A stretch of 64,000 nucleotides of DNA from an uncultured Pelagibacteraceae bacterium (GCA_902604305.1 CACKXS010000002.1:24548-88547); one strand, 5' to 3'. Counted from the first letter of the stretch, positions 52,100 through 62,922 are shown. Notes: generated from the letters alone by a model not told the origin. Program-made: numbers and translations.

Positions 52100-52612
52100 T
52101 TATGTGCAACTTTTTTTTGCAGTATTATAGGCTTTTGTAAAACCTAATAAAGAATAGTGATCAATTGTTTGAGATCCAGATTTATTATACCCTGTTATCA
52201 TTATTCTTGAACCTTTTTTCATAGTTTTAATCATTTTCTTTTCTACTTTATTACTTTTTATCCAAGCAAAACTTTCTTGGGCAACATCAAATTCATATTT
52301 TTTTTTACCCGATGTGGCCATTATTCTATTTTGAGTATTAAATTCATAACCAGATGTAGTACTAATTTCATCTGATATTTTATCACCAGGTCTAAATGAA
52401 ACAAAAAGTCTTGATTCCCTCTTATTTGCTTTAGGAGATTGTAAAACAGGTTTAGTTTGAGCAAAACAAGTTAATCCATTATCTTTAACTAAAACTAAAG
52501 TTTCCCAATCTTTAAATTTTCCAATTTTTTTTAATTCCTCGGCAGATACAAAAGTTGCTGAAAAAATAAAAATACTAAAAAAAAATATAATTGTTTTTTT
52601 AATTATGGACAT
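52100..52612 (-). CDS. Invasion-associated locus B (IalB)-like exported protein
   Basis: Signal peptide, GKFKDW, MKKG, DHYSLLGFTKAY. Confidence 0.75.
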   Translation of the reverse strand: MSIIKKTIIFFFSIFIFSATFVSAEELKKIGKFKDWETLVLVKDNGLTCFAQTKPVLQSPKANKRESRLFVSFRPGDKISDEISTTSGYEFNTQNRIMATSGKKKYEFDVAQESFAWIKSNKVEKKMIKTMKKGSRIMITGYNKSGSQTIDHYSLLGFTKAYNTAKKSCT

Positions 52613-53646
52613 GGATTTGGATAAATTTTTTGAACTTCATTAATTTCTTTAATAACTTCATCACTTAAATTTACATTTACACTTTCTATGTCAGTTTTCA
52701 ACTGCTCCATTGTCGTTGCTCCAATTATTACACTTGTCATAAAAGGTTGTAATTCACAAAACTTTAACGACATTTGACTTGTATCAAGATTATATTTTTC
52801 GCTTATTTTACAATATTCTTCTACTGCATTTTTCAAATTAGGAGTATTATATCTGTATTTCCAAAATTCCCAATCTCTCTCCATCCTAGATCCTTTTGGG
52901 TATGTTTCATTTCTATATTTTCCACTTAAGTATCCACTTGCCAAAGGAGAGTATGCTAATAAACCAATTTGTTCTCTAATAGAAACCTCCGCAAGACCAA
53001 TTTCATATGTCCTATTCAATAAACTATAAGGATTTTGAATAGACATCATTCTAGGTAGATTTTTTTGTTTAGTAAGCTCAAGATATTTTGAAACACCCCA
53101 AGGAGTTTCATTTGATAAACCTACTTCTCTAATTTTTCCTTCTTTAACAAATTTTTGTAAATTTCCTAAAACATCCTCAAATTTGTTCCAATCGCCTTTG
53201 TCTTTATGTTCATAGCCCAATTTACCGAACATATTTGTATTTCTTTCAGGCCAGTGAAGTTGATATAAGTCAATGTAATCTGTTTGTAGTCTTTTTAAAC
53301 TGTCGTTTAAAGCTTCTGTCATTTTTTCTATGCCATAATTATATCCTCCACCTCTCAAATATTCTCTACTAGGTCCTGCAACTTTTGTAGCTAAAATTAC
53401 TTCTTTTCTTTTTTTTGTTTTCTTAAACCAATTACCTATAATTATTTCTGTATGACCAAAAGTTTCTGCTTTAGGAGGAACAGCATATAATTCTGCGGTA
53501 TCCCAAAAATTTACACCTTGATCCAATGCATAATCCATTTGTTCAAAACCTTCTTCTTGAGTATTTTGTTCTCCCCAAGTCATTGTTCCTAAACAAATAG
53601 TGCTAACTTTAAGATCTGTTGTGCCTAATTTTCTATAATTCATCAA
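52603..53646 (-). CDS. Tas-like aldo/keto reductase
   Basis: LGTMTWGEQN, DTAELY, DLYQLHWP, SNETPWG, YSPLA, terminal PNPCP. Confidence 0.93.
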   Translation of the reverse strand: MMNYRKLGTTDLKVSTICLGTMTWGEQNTQEEGFEQMDYALDQGVNFWDTAELYAVPPKAETFGHTEIIIGNWFKKTKKRKEVILATKVAGPSREYLRGGGYNYGIEKMTEALNDSLKRLQTDYIDLYQLHWPERNTNMFGKLGYEHKDKGDWNKFEDVLGNLQKFVKEGKIREVGLSNETPWGVSKYLELTKQKNLPRMMSIQNPYSLLNRTYEIGLAEVSIREQIGLLAYSPLASGYLSGKYRNETYPKGSRMERDWEFWKYRYNTPNLKNAVEEYCKISEKYNLDTSQMSLKFCELQPFMTSVIIGATTMEQLKTDIESVNVNLSDEVIKEINEVQKIYPNPCP

Positions 53647-53714
53647 ATATTAAATATTTTTTAAGGTTTTTATGATATCTTGAATAAATAGTAAAAGGCT
53701 ATTATATAAACGGT

Positions 53715-54476
53715 ATGGAATTTAATAAACAGAACATTTTCAACAAAACGAAGACAGCTGCACAAACAACTGTAGTAATGGATGAAGGCTTAAGAGCCTA
53801 CATGCTAAAAGTATATAATTACATGGCTACTGGGGTATTACTAACAGGAATTATAGCCCTTCTTTCATTTAAAATGTCAGTAGTAACTGATGCTTCCGGA
53901 GCTATAGCTGGATTTACGAGCTTTGGAAATGCTCTCTTCTTTTCAGGACTAAAATGGGTTGTGATGTTAGCACCTCTTGGAATAGTTTTTTACATGAGTT
54001 TTGGAATAAACAAAATGAGTGCAGCTAAAGCTCAATCAGTCTTTTGGATATTTGCAGCTCTTATGGGTTTGTCACTTTCATGGATATTATTAGTATACAC
54101 AGGAGTTAGTGTTGCGAGAGTGTTTTTTATAACGTCTGCAACTTTTGGCGCTATGAGTATTTATGGATATACAACTAAGAGAGATTTGACTAAGTTAGGG
54201 TCTTTTTTAATGATGGGTCTAATTGGAATAATCATTGCGTCTTTAGTTAATATATTTCTAAAATCTTCAATGATGTATTTTGTAATTTCAATTTTGGGAG
54301 TACTAATTTTTGTTGGTCTAACCGCATATGATACTCAAAAAATTAAGAATATGTATGCTGCTTCAGATACAGGTGAGTTAATGGGTAAAAAAGCAGTTAT
54401 GGGAGCCTTAACTCTTTATCTAGACTTTATTAATCTATTTATAATGTTATTAAGACTTTTTGGTCAAAGAAGATAA
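53715..54476 (+). CDS. Bax inhibitor-1/YccA family membrane protein
   Basis: DEGLRAYMLKVYNYM, YGYTTKRDL, AYDTQKIK, LYLDFINLF. Confidence 0.95.
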   Translation: MEFNKQNIFNKTKTAAQTTVVMDEGLRAYMLKVYNYMATGVLLTGIIALLSFKMSVVTDASGAIAGFTSFGNALFFSGLKWVVMLAPLGIVFYMSFGINKMSAAKAQSVFWIFAALMGLSLSWILLVYTGVSVARVFFITSATFGAMSIYGYTTKRDLTKLGSFLMMGLIGIIIASLVNIFLKSSMMYFVISILGVLIFVGLTAYDTQKIKNMYAASDTGELMGKKAVMGALTLYLDFINLFIMLLRLFGQRR

Positions 54477-54478
54477 TA

Positions 54479-54817
54479 TTATAATTTTTTCCAATTAATA
54501 TTATTTAATAAATTTTTTAAATTGCTTGAGTTATTTAATATTTTACCTTTAGCGTCTGTAATCAAATATTTTAAATTTTTATTTATAGGCTTAAAATTTT
54601 TACAAATTCTATAGTTTGCATTTTCAGTAGCATTTTTAAATACACAAAAACCTACCTGTTTGTTTGAAATATTTAATCCATAATCTTTCCAAGAACCTTC
54701 AGAGACCATTTTTGCATATAAATCTAAAATAATTTTTAATTCATTTTTTTCAAAAAAATGCTGAGAATTTTTATCAGAATAAATATTATTTATTACTAAC
54801 TTTAAATTTCTATTCAT
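54479..54817 (-). CDS. DUF2794 family protein
   Basis: ELKIILDLYAKMVSEGSWKDY. Confidence 0.75.
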   Translation of the reverse strand: MNRNLKLVINNIYSDKNSQHFFEKNELKIILDLYAKMVSEGSWKDYGLNISNKQVGFCVFKNATENANYRICKNFKPINKNLKYLITDAKGKILNNSSNLKNLLNNINWKKL

Positions 54818-55361
54818 TTAATTTATATTTGTTAATTATTGATATTTGAAAAGCAGTAAAAATAATTGTCAAAGGCAAGATTCCCCAGACCTTAAAATTA
54901 ACCCAAAATTCTTCAGATTGTGTACGCCAAATAATTTCATTTAGTAATGCTAGACCAAAAAAGAAATATACCCACCGCAAGTTTAGGATTTTCCAACCCT
55001 CATTGGTTAATTGTATTGATTTACCAAGCATTTTTTTTAAAATTGGTTCATCTGAAAAAAATTTTCCAAATAAAAGTACTATACCAAATAATATGTTTAT
55101 AATTGTAGGTTTAATATAAATAAAAATAGGATTATCAAAATATATCGTTAGACCACCAAATAAAGTAATAAATATACCACCAAGTAAAGGCACCATCGGA
55201 ATTTTTTTTTCTAGAAACCAAACAACAATTAAAGCAATCAAAGTTGCAACTATAAATGGAGGAATTGCCACAGTTAAATCTTTTCCACTTTTGTAATAAA
55301 AACTAAAAAAAACTAATAAAGGTCCAAAATCAGTGATAAATTTGAGAAATGATTTGTTCAC
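54810..55361 (-). CDS. yciB: YciB/IspZ inner membrane protein
   Basis: DFGPLLVFF, FGGLT, KPTII, WVNFKVWG; likely GTG start at 55361. Confidence 0.92.
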   Translation of the reverse strand: MNKSFLKFITDFGPLLVFFSFYYKSGKDLTVAIPPFIVATLIALIVVWFLEKKIPMVPLLGGIFITLFGGLTIYFDNPIFIYIKPTIINILFGIVLLFGKFFSDEPILKKMLGKSIQLTNEGWKILNLRWVYFFFGLALLNEIIWRTQSEEFWVNFKVWGILPLTIIFTAFQISIINKYKLNE

Positions 55362-55404
55362 AAGAAATATATTAACAGAATAAAAAAACTTTGAAATTTT
55401 TTTA

Positions 55405-55431
55405 TTGATTTTTTTATTTAAATACCCATAT
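55405..55431 (+). promoter_or_regulatory. RpoH-type promoter of hspQ
   Basis: TTG-N17-CCCATAT, 8 nt before the GTG start. Confidence 0.55.
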
Positions 55432-55439
55432 TTAGTGTC

Positions 55440-55760
55440 GTGAGTATTCAAAAAGCCAAATTTTCAATTGGAGATATTGTAAAACATAAACACTTTGATT
55501 TTAGAGGCGTGATTTATGATGTTGATTTTGAATTCAATAATTCAGAAGAATGGTATCAATCAATACCAAAAAATGTAAGACCAAGAAAAGACCAGCCCTT
55601 TTATCATCTTCTAGCTGAAAATGATGATGTTACTTATGAAGCTTATGTATCTGAGCAAAATTTACTAGTAGATGAGTCAGGAGAACCTATTAAACATCCT
55701 TTAATAAATGAAATATTTTCAGGCAGGAAGGGTTCTACCTATTTTAAGCCGTCAAATTAG
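55440..55760 (+). CDS. hspQ: Heat shock protein HspQ (YccV family)
   Basis: AKFSIGDIVKH, RGVIYDVD, DQPFYHLLAE, YVSEQNL. Confidence 0.93.
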   Translation: MSIQKAKFSIGDIVKHKHFDFRGVIYDVDFEFNNSEEWYQSIPKNVRPRKDQPFYHLLAENDDVTYEAYVSEQNLLVDESGEPIKHPLINEIFSGRKGSTYFKPSN

Positions 55761-55827
55761 AATATAGACAATATTCCAACACAATTAATTCAAAACTTAG
55801 ACATAACTAGAGTTTAAAAATAAGTCA

Positions 55828-55892
55828 TATTCTGATCAAGGGTACTTTTATTCCCTTATTTATCTCCCTCTGTAGTATTCTTGATCGGAATA
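55828..55892 (+). ncRNA. Candidate structured RNA (19-bp stem, 27-nt CU-rich loop)
   Basis: TATTCTGATCAAGGGTACT pairs fully with AGTATTCTTGATCGGAATA; the 3 non-Watson-Crick pairs are G-U on the + strand. Confidence 0.55.
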
Positions 55893-55941
55893 ATCCTAAA
55901 AATCATTCAAAAAAATAATTTTTTATATATATATTTCGTAA

Positions 55942-56649
55942 ATGCTAAAAAATTTTGAACCAAATAAAATCTTTTCATTAACTTCCAAAGCTCCAAAATA
56001 TGTTTTGGCTACTTTCATAATCGTTATTTCAGTTGGTTTAGTAGAAGCTTTAATTATTTCTCCAGAGGATTATATTCAAAGTCATTCAGTAAGAATAATG
56101 TATGTGCATGTTCCTTCTGCATGGATATCTTTAGGTACGTTTTCAGCCATTGCAATTTTATCTTTCTCAATAATAGTTTTTAAAATTAAATCTTTTATAT
56201 TAATTGCAAAAAGTTTAGCTCCTGCAGGTTTAGTATTTAATATAATTGCTTTAGTGACAGGATCTATTTGGGGCAAACCAACCTGGGGAACATGGTGGGC
56301 TTGGGATGCAAGAATTACATCAATGTTAATATTAGCTTTATTTTATATTATTTATATTTTGGCTTGGAGAATTTATGAGAATGGAGAAAAAGTTCATAAA
56401 ATAACTTCAATGATTGCAATACTTGGGGCAATTAATATTCCAATTATTAAATATTCTGTTGATTGGTGGTCAACATTGCACCAACCTGCTTCAATAAATA
56501 TATTTGAAAAAACCTCAATACATTCATCTATGATTGTTCCTTTAGCCTTAATGACTGCGGCATTTGCACTATTCTCAATTCTGATTTTTTTGATGAAATA
56601 TAATACAGAACTGATAAAAATTAAAAATAAAGGACTAGATAGATTATGA
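55942..56649 (+). CDS. ccmC: Heme exporter protein C
   Basis: RIMYVHVP, WGKPTWGTWWAWDAR, WWSTLHQ. Confidence 0.97.
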   Translation: MLKNFEPNKIFSLTSKAPKYVLATFIIVISVGLVEALIISPEDYIQSHSVRIMYVHVPSAWISLGTFSAIAILSFSIIVFKIKSFILIAKSLAPAGLVFNIIALVTGSIWGKPTWGTWWAWDARITSMLILALFYIIYILAWRIYENGEKVHKITSMIAILGAINIPIIKYSVDWWSTLHQPASINIFEKTSIHSSMIVPLALMTAAFALFSILIFLMKYNTELIKIKNKGLDRL

Positions 56650-56879
56650 TTAATGAAATTATTTCAATGAATGGATATGGGATTTATGTTTGGTCTTCGT
56701 TTGCATTTACATTGATTAGTTTTGTAGCTCTATATACAGTAATTAAAATTCAACTTGTTAAAGAAAAAAATAAATTTGATAAAAAATATTTAACTTTAAC
56801 TTCAGATAAAAGACAAACTGTTAGGGTTCAAAAAACTTATAAAGGAATTTTAGCAAGCAATTCAGTTTCAAAAATTTAA
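56646..56879 (+). CDS. ccmD: Heme exporter protein D
   Basis: MNGYGIYVWSSF TM motif; between ccmC and ccmE. Confidence 0.85.
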   Translation: MINEIISMNGYGIYVWSSFAFTLISFVALYTVIKIQLVKEKNKFDKKYLTLTSDKRQTVRVQKTYKGILASNSVSKI

Positions 56880-56891
56880 CTTTATTTAGTC

Positions 56892-57317
56892 ATGTATGGT
56901 AAAAAAGTTAAATTGCGGTTATTGTTTTTATCATTTATTTTTTTAATTGTAGTTCTATCAGTTTTTTTAATCCTAAAATCTTTAGAAGAAAATGTAGTTT
57001 ACTTTATTTCTCCATCAGAAATAAAAAATCTACCTGAAGTAAATAGTTCAAAAAGATTAAGAGTTGGAGGTATGGTCAAAGAAGAAACAATTAAATTCGA
57101 TCAAAATCAAATTAGTTTTGTTATAACTGATTTTAAAAATGAAATAAATGTTACCTATTCTGGCGCTGTTCCCAATTTATTTTCGGAGGGAAAAGGTGTT
57201 GTTGCTGAAGGTTATTTAAAAGATCGTAGTTTTTTTGAAGCGAAAAAAATACTCGCAAAACATGATGAAAATTATATGCCGCCCGAAGTTAAAGAAGCTT
57301 TGGAGGCTAATAAGTGA
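56892..57317 (+). CDS. ccmE: Heme chaperone CcmE
   Basis: [27 protein letters not shown]. Confidence 0.97.
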   Translation: MYGKKVKLRLLFLSFIFLIVVLSVFLILKSLEENVVYFISPSEIKNLPEVNSSKRLRVGGMVKEETIKFDQNQISFVITDFKNEINVTYSGAVPNLFSEGKGVVAEGYLKDRSFFEAKKILAKHDENYMPPEVKEALEANK

Positions 57318-59188
57318 TTTCAAATTATATAGGATATTATTCACTTTTATTAGGTTTTATTATTTCAGCAAGTTTACTTTTCTATTCAATTTTTTATTTA
57401 AAAAAAAATAATCAAAAAATAAATCAAAATATTTTATCACTATTATTTCTTCAGTTTTTTACTGTTGCGATAAGTTTTATATCTTTAGTTTATTCTTTTA
57501 TTATTTCGGATTTTAGCAATGAAACTGTTTATAATAATTCACATTCAACAAAACCAATATTTTATAAAATTACTGGAACGTGGGGAAATCATGAAGGAAG
57601 TTTATTACTTTGGTTGCTTGTTTTAACTTTGTTTATTTTTTTATTTATTATTTTTTCAAAAAAACAACCGGTAAAATACAGATTTTTATCTATTTTTTTT
57701 CAACAAATTATTATTTTAGGATTTTTTTTATTTTTGCTATTAACTTCAAATCCATTTAATTTTTTATTTCCAATTCCAATAGAAGGTCTTGGTTTAAATC
57801 CAATTTTACAAGATCCGGCATTAGCCATCCATCCTCCAATTTTATATTTAGGTTATGTTGGATCATCGATAATTTTTTCTGCCTCTTTGGCATCATTAGT
57901 TCAAAATAATATTAATAAAGAGTGGGCAGTTCATATAAAAAAATGGATTCAGACAGCATGGTTTTTTTTAACAATTGGAATTTTATTAGGCTCGATATGG
58001 GCTTATTATGAGTTGGGATGGGGAGGATTTTGGTTTTGGGATCCTGTAGAAAATGTTTCTCTAATGCCTTGGTTATGTTTAACTGCTCTTTTTCATACAG
58101 TTATAGTATTAGAAAAAAGAAACCTTCTAAAATCATGGACATTAATACTGTCTATAGCAACATTTACATTTAGCATGATTGGAACTTTTTTGGTTAGATC
58201 TGGAATACTAAATTCAGTACATACATTTGCAAATGATCCAGAAAGAGGAGTATTTATTTTAATATTTCTATTTTCATTAATCTTTTTAGCTATAATCTTA
58301 TTTTTTATTTATCAAGTTGAAGAAAACAAGATCGAAAAAAATTTTTTCCTAATTAGTAAAGAAACATCAATTTTAATTAATAATTGGTTTATGATGTATT
58401 TCTTATCTGTTGTTTTAATAGGAACAACTTATCCAATATTCTTAGAAGTCATAACTAATGAAAAAATTTCTATAGGTCCTCCATTTTTTAACAAACTTAT
58501 AATTCCATTTTTAATACTATTTCTAATTTTTATGGCATTAGGACCTAATTTAAAATGGATTAAAGATAATTATAAAAATATAAAATATTCAAAAATTATT
58601 TTATTTTTTTTCTGTATTTTTATATCCTTTTATTTAGTACAAAAGACATCATCAGAAATTTTATTCACTTCTATTTTAGGTGGAGCTGCTTTGTATTTAT
58701 TATTTACCACTATTAGAGAATTTTTAAATAAAAAGAATAACAGTTCTCAGACAATTTCACATTTTGGATTTAGTTTATTTGTATTAAGTATTCTCTTAAA
58801 TAGTTTATTTTCCTACGAATTTTCTGCAAATATGAAAATAGGACAAGAATTAGTTTACAAAAAAGAACAAATAAAATTTTTAAAAATTAAAACATTTGAT
58901 AAAGAAAATTATAAGTCTGTTGTTGCAAATTTTGAAATAAAAGATGAAAAAAAAAATATAACTTCCTTGTATCCTGAAATTAGAATTTATAACCAACCAA
59001 ATATACTTACTAGCGAAGCAGATATAAAAACGACTATTTTTTTAGACAAATTTATAGTCATAAATTTAATTAAAGGAGAAGAAATTTTTAATGTTAGATA
59101 TCAAACAAAACCATTCATGATTTGGATTTGGATATCAGTTTGTTTAATTTCAATTGGAGGAATGTTGGGTATATTAAAAAAAAATTAG
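57314..59188 (+). CDS. ccmF: Heme lyase CcmF
   Basis: [37 protein letters not shown]. Confidence 0.97.
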   Translation: MISNYIGYYSLLLGFIISASLLFYSIFYLKKNNQKINQNILSLLFLQFFTVAISFISLVYSFIISDFSNETVYNNSHSTKPIFYKITGTWGNHEGSLLLWLLVLTLFIFLFIIFSKKQPVKYRFLSIFFQQIIILGFFLFLLLTSNPFNFLFPIPIEGLGLNPILQDPALAIHPPILYLGYVGSSIIFSASLASLVQNNINKEWAVHIKKWIQTAWFFLTIGILLGSIWAYYELGWGGFWFWDPVENVSLMPWLCLTALFHTVIVLEKRNLLKSWTLILSIATFTFSMIGTFLVRSGILNSVHTFANDPERGVFILIFLFSLIFLAIILFFIYQVEENKIEKNFFLISKETSILINNWFMMYFLSVVLIGTTYPIFLEVITNEKISIGPPFFNKLIIPFLILFLIFMALGPNLKWIKDNYKNIKYSKIILFFFCIFISFYLVQKTSSEILFTSILGGAALYLLFTTIREFLNKKNNSSQTISHFGFSLFVLSILLNSLFSYEFSANMKIGQELVYKKEQIKFLKIKTFDKENYKSVVANFEIKDEKKNITSLYPEIRIYNQPNILTSEADIKTTIFLDKFIVINLIKGEEIFNVRYQTKPFMIWIWISVCLISIGGMLGILKKN

Positions 59189-59191
59189 TAT

Positions 59192-59713
59192 ATGAAAAAA
59201 AATATTTTTTATTTATCTATATTATTGTTTTTTGCATTTATTTTTACCATATTTTATGCAGGTTTAGACAAACCTAATTTTTATAAACCAGAAGAAGTAA
59301 AAAATAAAATTTTAGAAGAGTTTACTTCTACCGAACTATTTTCTAATAAACAGTTTAACTCCAAAGATATTATTGAAAAAAATAATTTTACATTGATAAA
59401 TATTTGGTCTTCGTGGTGTATTCCTTGTAGATCAGAGCATGCAATACTTATGACTTTAAGTGAAAAAACAGACTTAAATATTATTGGTTTAAATTACAAA
59501 GATAAAAAGAATAATGCTATTAAATTTCTGGATGAACTCGGCGACCCTTTTTCAAAAAATTTAATTGATCCAGATGGCATTATATCTATTTCATTAGGAG
59601 CTTATGGTGTACCTGAAAGTTTTCTTCTAAACAATAAATCAAGAATTATTAGAAAATATATAGGTCCTTTAACAAGTGATAATATTTCAGAAATTATAAA
59701 AATAATCCAATGA
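59192..59713 (+). CDS. ccmG: Thiol:disulfide interchange protein CcmG/DsbE
   Basis: WSSWCIPC, NYKD, YGVPES. Confidence 0.94.
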   Translation: MKKNIFYLSILLFFAFIFTIFYAGLDKPNFYKPEEVKNKILEEFTSTELFSNKQFNSKDIIEKNNFTLINIWSSWCIPCRSEHAILMTLSEKTDLNIIGLNYKDKKNNAIKFLDELGDPFSKNLIDPDGIISISLGAYGVPESFLLNNKSRIIRKYIGPLTSDNISEIIKIIQ

Positions 59714-60081
59714 TGAATAAAATTAAGTTTATATTATTTATATCTTTGTTTATTTTATGTTTTCAAAAACTTACAGTAGCAAATAATTTTTCCTCTGAAG
59801 TTGATAAAATTTCTAAAAATCTCAGATGTTTAATTTGTCAAGGACAATCGGTTTATGATTCTCAGTCAGATTTTGCAATAAGTATGAAATTATTAATAAA
59901 AAATAAAATTGAAAATGGAGAAACTGAAGATCAAATATATGATTACTTAAAAAAACAGTATGGAGAGTGGATAGTATATGATCCAGAGTTTGATAAAAAA
60001 AATTTGATATTATGGGGATTTCCATTGATTTTGTTTATCTTTGGAGGTCTATTAATTTATAAAAAAGTGTTTATTAATTAG
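59710..60081 (+). CDS. ccmH: Cytochrome c biogenesis protein CcmH
   Basis: LRCLICQGQS, YGEWI. Confidence 0.93.
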   Translation: MMNKIKFILFISLFILCFQKLTVANNFSSEVDKISKNLRCLICQGQSVYDSQSDFAISMKLLIKNKIENGETEDQIYDYLKKQYGEWIVYDPEFDKKNLILWGFPLILFIFGGLLIYKKVFIN

Positions 60082-60091
60082 ATTTAAAAAT

Positions 60092-60610
60092 ATGAAACAA
60101 TCACTAAAAATAATACTTGGCTTATTTTTTTTATTTTCTTTAGCAAACTCATCATATGGTGAAGAAAAAAAAGAAGATATTAATTCACACTCATTAAATT
60201 TTTATAGTGGAATGTTTGATTATAGCGATGATGGACAAAAAGCTTTATTGTTTGGATTTCAGCATGAAAACGAAGATTTAGTTAGAGATAGTTTTTTGGG
60301 GACTATTTCGCCAGTAACTGGCTTTATGATTACTGAAAATAATGCTGCATATGGTTATACTGGAGTTAAAGCATTTTATAATTTGGGCCAAATAAATTTT
60401 ACTCCATCTTTTACTCCTGGATTATATAGACAGGGTGATGGAAAAGATTTAGGCCACACAGTAGAATTTAAAACTGAACTTCAATTTTCACTAGATGTTT
60501 CTTCTAATAGTGAGCTAGGTTTTTCTTATAATCATATATCTAATGCCAGCTTAGGTGAAAAAAACCCTGGGGCAAATAGCTATATGTTTAATTTTATTAA
60601 ACAATTTTAA
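60092..60610 (+). CDS. PagL-like / acyloxyacyl hydrolase outer-membrane beta-barrel
   Basis: Signal peptide; DLG…EF; HISNA…NPGAN motif; terminal Phe. Confidence 0.75.
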   Translation: MKQSLKIILGLFFLFSLANSSYGEEKKEDINSHSLNFYSGMFDYSDDGQKALLFGFQHENEDLVRDSFLGTISPVTGFMITENNAAYGYTGVKAFYNLGQINFTPSFTPGLYRQGDGKDLGHTVEFKTELQFSLDVSSNSELGFSYNHISNASLGEKNPGANSYMFNFIKQF

Positions 60611-60619
60611 ATTAAATTT

Positions 60620-61774
60620 ATGAATCTTAAAGACTGTCATAACTTTAGTGACTTTAGAAAATTAGCTAAAAAAAAATTACCCTCACCTATATTTCATTAT
60701 ATTGATGGTGCGGCCGATGATGAAATTACATATCAAAGAAATACAAGTTCATTCAATGATGTTGATTTAGTTCCAAATGTATTAAGAGGTGTAGAAAATA
60801 TAGATTTATCAACTACTATATTTGGAAAAAAATTAGATCTTCCATTCTATTGTGCACCAACAGCTTTACAAAGACTTTTTCATTACGATGGAGAAAGAGC
60901 AGTAGGAAAAGCAGCGCAGAAATTTAATACAATGTTTGGAGTTTCAGCTTTAGCTACTGTAAGTGTTGAAGAAATAGCTTCATTAATTAATACACCAAAA
61001 ATGTTTCAGTTCTATTTTCATAAAGATAGAGGTTTAAATGACTCTTGTTTGGAAAGAGCAAAGGCAGCAAAGTTTGATGTTTTGGCCTTAACAGTAGACA
61101 CAATAACGGGAGGAAACCGTGAAAGAGATCTTAGAACTGGTTTTACATCTCCTCCTAAACTTACATTATCAAGTTTGTATAGTTTTGCTACAAAACCAAT
61201 GTGGGGAATAAACTATTTAACAAAGGGTAAATTTGAATTACCACATCTTCAAGATTATGTAAAAGAAGGTACTAGCACAAACACTTCAATTGGTAATTAT
61301 TTTTCTACTATGTTGGATCAATCTATGAATTGGAATGATGCAGAAAAATTATGTTCTCAATGGGGAGGTCATTTTGCACTTAAAGGAGTGATGAGCGTTG
61401 AGGATGCTAAAAAAGCTGTTGATATCGGATGTTCAGGAATAATGGTTTCAAATCATGGAGGAAGACAACTTGATGGATCAAGGTCACCATTTGATCAATT
61501 AGCAGAAATTGTAGATGCAGTCGGTGATAAGATTGATGTTATTTGTGAAGGAGGATTCCAAAGAGGAACTCATATGCTTAAAGCTTTATCTATTGGTGCT
61601 AAAGCGTGTTCTGGTGGAAGACTCTATCTTTATGCATTAGCTGCAGCTGGTCAAGCTGGTGTTGAAAGAGCTTTAGGACAGTATAAGGCTGAACTCGAGA
61701 GAGATATGAAACTTATGGGCTGTAAAAAGATAAGTGATTTAAATAGAAATAATTTGAGATTTAGAAAAGCATGA
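60620..61774 (+). CDS. FMN-dependent alpha-hydroxy acid dehydrogenase (LldD family), paralog 1
   Basis: YIDGAADDE, LTVDT, GNRERD, SNHGGRQLDG. Confidence 0.95.
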   Translation: MNLKDCHNFSDFRKLAKKKLPSPIFHYIDGAADDEITYQRNTSSFNDVDLVPNVLRGVENIDLSTTIFGKKLDLPFYCAPTALQRLFHYDGERAVGKAAQKFNTMFGVSALATVSVEEIASLINTPKMFQFYFHKDRGLNDSCLERAKAAKFDVLALTVDTITGGNRERDLRTGFTSPPKLTLSSLYSFATKPMWGINYLTKGKFELPHLQDYVKEGTSTNTSIGNYFSTMLDQSMNWNDAEKLCSQWGGHFALKGVMSVEDAKKAVDIGCSGIMVSNHGGRQLDGSRSPFDQLAEIVDAVGDKIDVICEGGFQRGTHMLKALSIGAKACSGGRLYLYALAAAGQAGVERALGQYKAELERDMKLMGCKKISDLNRNNLRFRKA

Positions 61775-62922
61775 ATCTAAATGATTGTCATAATTTTGAT
61801 GATTTTAGAAAATTAGCAAAAAAAAAATTACCATCTCCAATTTTTCATTACATTGATGGAGGAGCAGATGATGAAACAACACTAAAAAGAAATACAGAGG
61901 CTTTTAATCAGTGTGATTTAATACCAAACGTTTTAGCTGGTGGTGGAAAACCAGATATTTCAACAGAAATTTTTGGCAGAAAAATAAGTATGCCAATTTT
62001 TTTATCTCCCACAGCTATGCAAAGATTGTATGACCCAGAAGGAGATAGAGCTTCAGCAAGAGCAGCTGAAAAATTAGGAACAATGTATGGTATGTCTACT
62101 ATGGCCACATCATCCATTGAAGAGATTGCAAATGTGTCAAGCGGTCCAAAGCTATTTCAACTTTATATTCATAAAGACAAATCCATTACAGATGATTTGA
62201 TCGATAGATGTAAAATAGCAAACTTTGATGGTTTATGTTTAACAGTTGACACGATAGTAGCTGGCAACAGAGAGAGAGATCACAGAACAGGTTTTACTAC
62301 TCCTCCAAAACTTACAATCAAAAGTTTATTTGAATTTGCAGCAAAACCAAGCTGGGTATTTAATTATTTAACAAATAAAAAATTTGAGCTTTCAAATGTT
62401 AAACATAAAACTGAAAAAGGAACTAATATAACTAAATCAGTTATAGAATATGTTAACGAACAGTACGATCCAGGAATGAACTGGCAAGATGCAGAATATT
62501 GTATCAAAAAATGGAATGGTCCATTTGCATTAAAAGGAGTAATGTCAGTTGAGGATGCAAAAAAAGCAATTGATATTGGCTGTACTGCAATATTTCTTTC
62601 AAACCACGGTGGTAGACAATTAGATGGATCAAGATCTCCATTCGATCAACTTAAAGAAATTTCAGATGCAGTTGGTGATAAATTAGAAATTATATTAGAT
62701 GGTGGAGTTAGAAGAGGAACCCATGTTTTAAAAGCAATTGCAGCAGGCGCTAAAGCTTGTAGTTTTGGAAAAATGTTTTTATTTTCACTCGCATCGGGAG
62801 GTCAAGCAGGCGTGGAACGTGCATTGCAAAATATGCAAAAAGAAATTGAAAGAAATATTTTATTAATGGGCTGTAAAAACTTAAAAGAATTAAATAGTTC
62901 AAAAATTATTTATAAAAAATAA
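61771..62922 (+). CDS. FMN-dependent alpha-hydroxy acid dehydrogenase, paralog 2
   Basis: YIDGGADDE, LTVDT, GNRERD, SNHGGRQLDG, DGGVRRG. Confidence 0.95.
   Translation: MNLNDCHNFDDFRKLAKKKLPSPIFHYIDGGADDETTLKRNTEAFNQCDLIPNVLAGGGKPDISTEIFGRKISMPIFLSPTAMQRLYDPEGDRASARAAEKLGTMYGMSTMATSSIEEIANVSSGPKLFQLYIHKDKSITDDLIDRCKIANFDGLCLTVDTIVAGNRERDHRTGFTTPPKLTIKSLFEFAAKPSWVFNYLTNKKFELSNVKHKTEKGTNITKSVIEYVNEQYDPGMNWQDAEYCIKKWNGPFALKGVMSVEDAKKAIDIGCTAIFLSNHGGRQLDGSRSPFDQLKEISDAVGDKLEIILDGGVRRGTHVLKAIAAGAKACSFGKMFLFSLASGGQAGVERALQNMQKEIERNILLMGCKNLKELNSSKIIYKK

Noticed and set aside
163-62117. Short antisense or out-of-frame ORFs in the track (e.g. 163-390, 5323-5637, 7101-7514, 26659-26994, 45753-46151, 61908-62117)
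   Set aside because: They lie within well-supported genes and have no recognisable motifs; shadow ORFs
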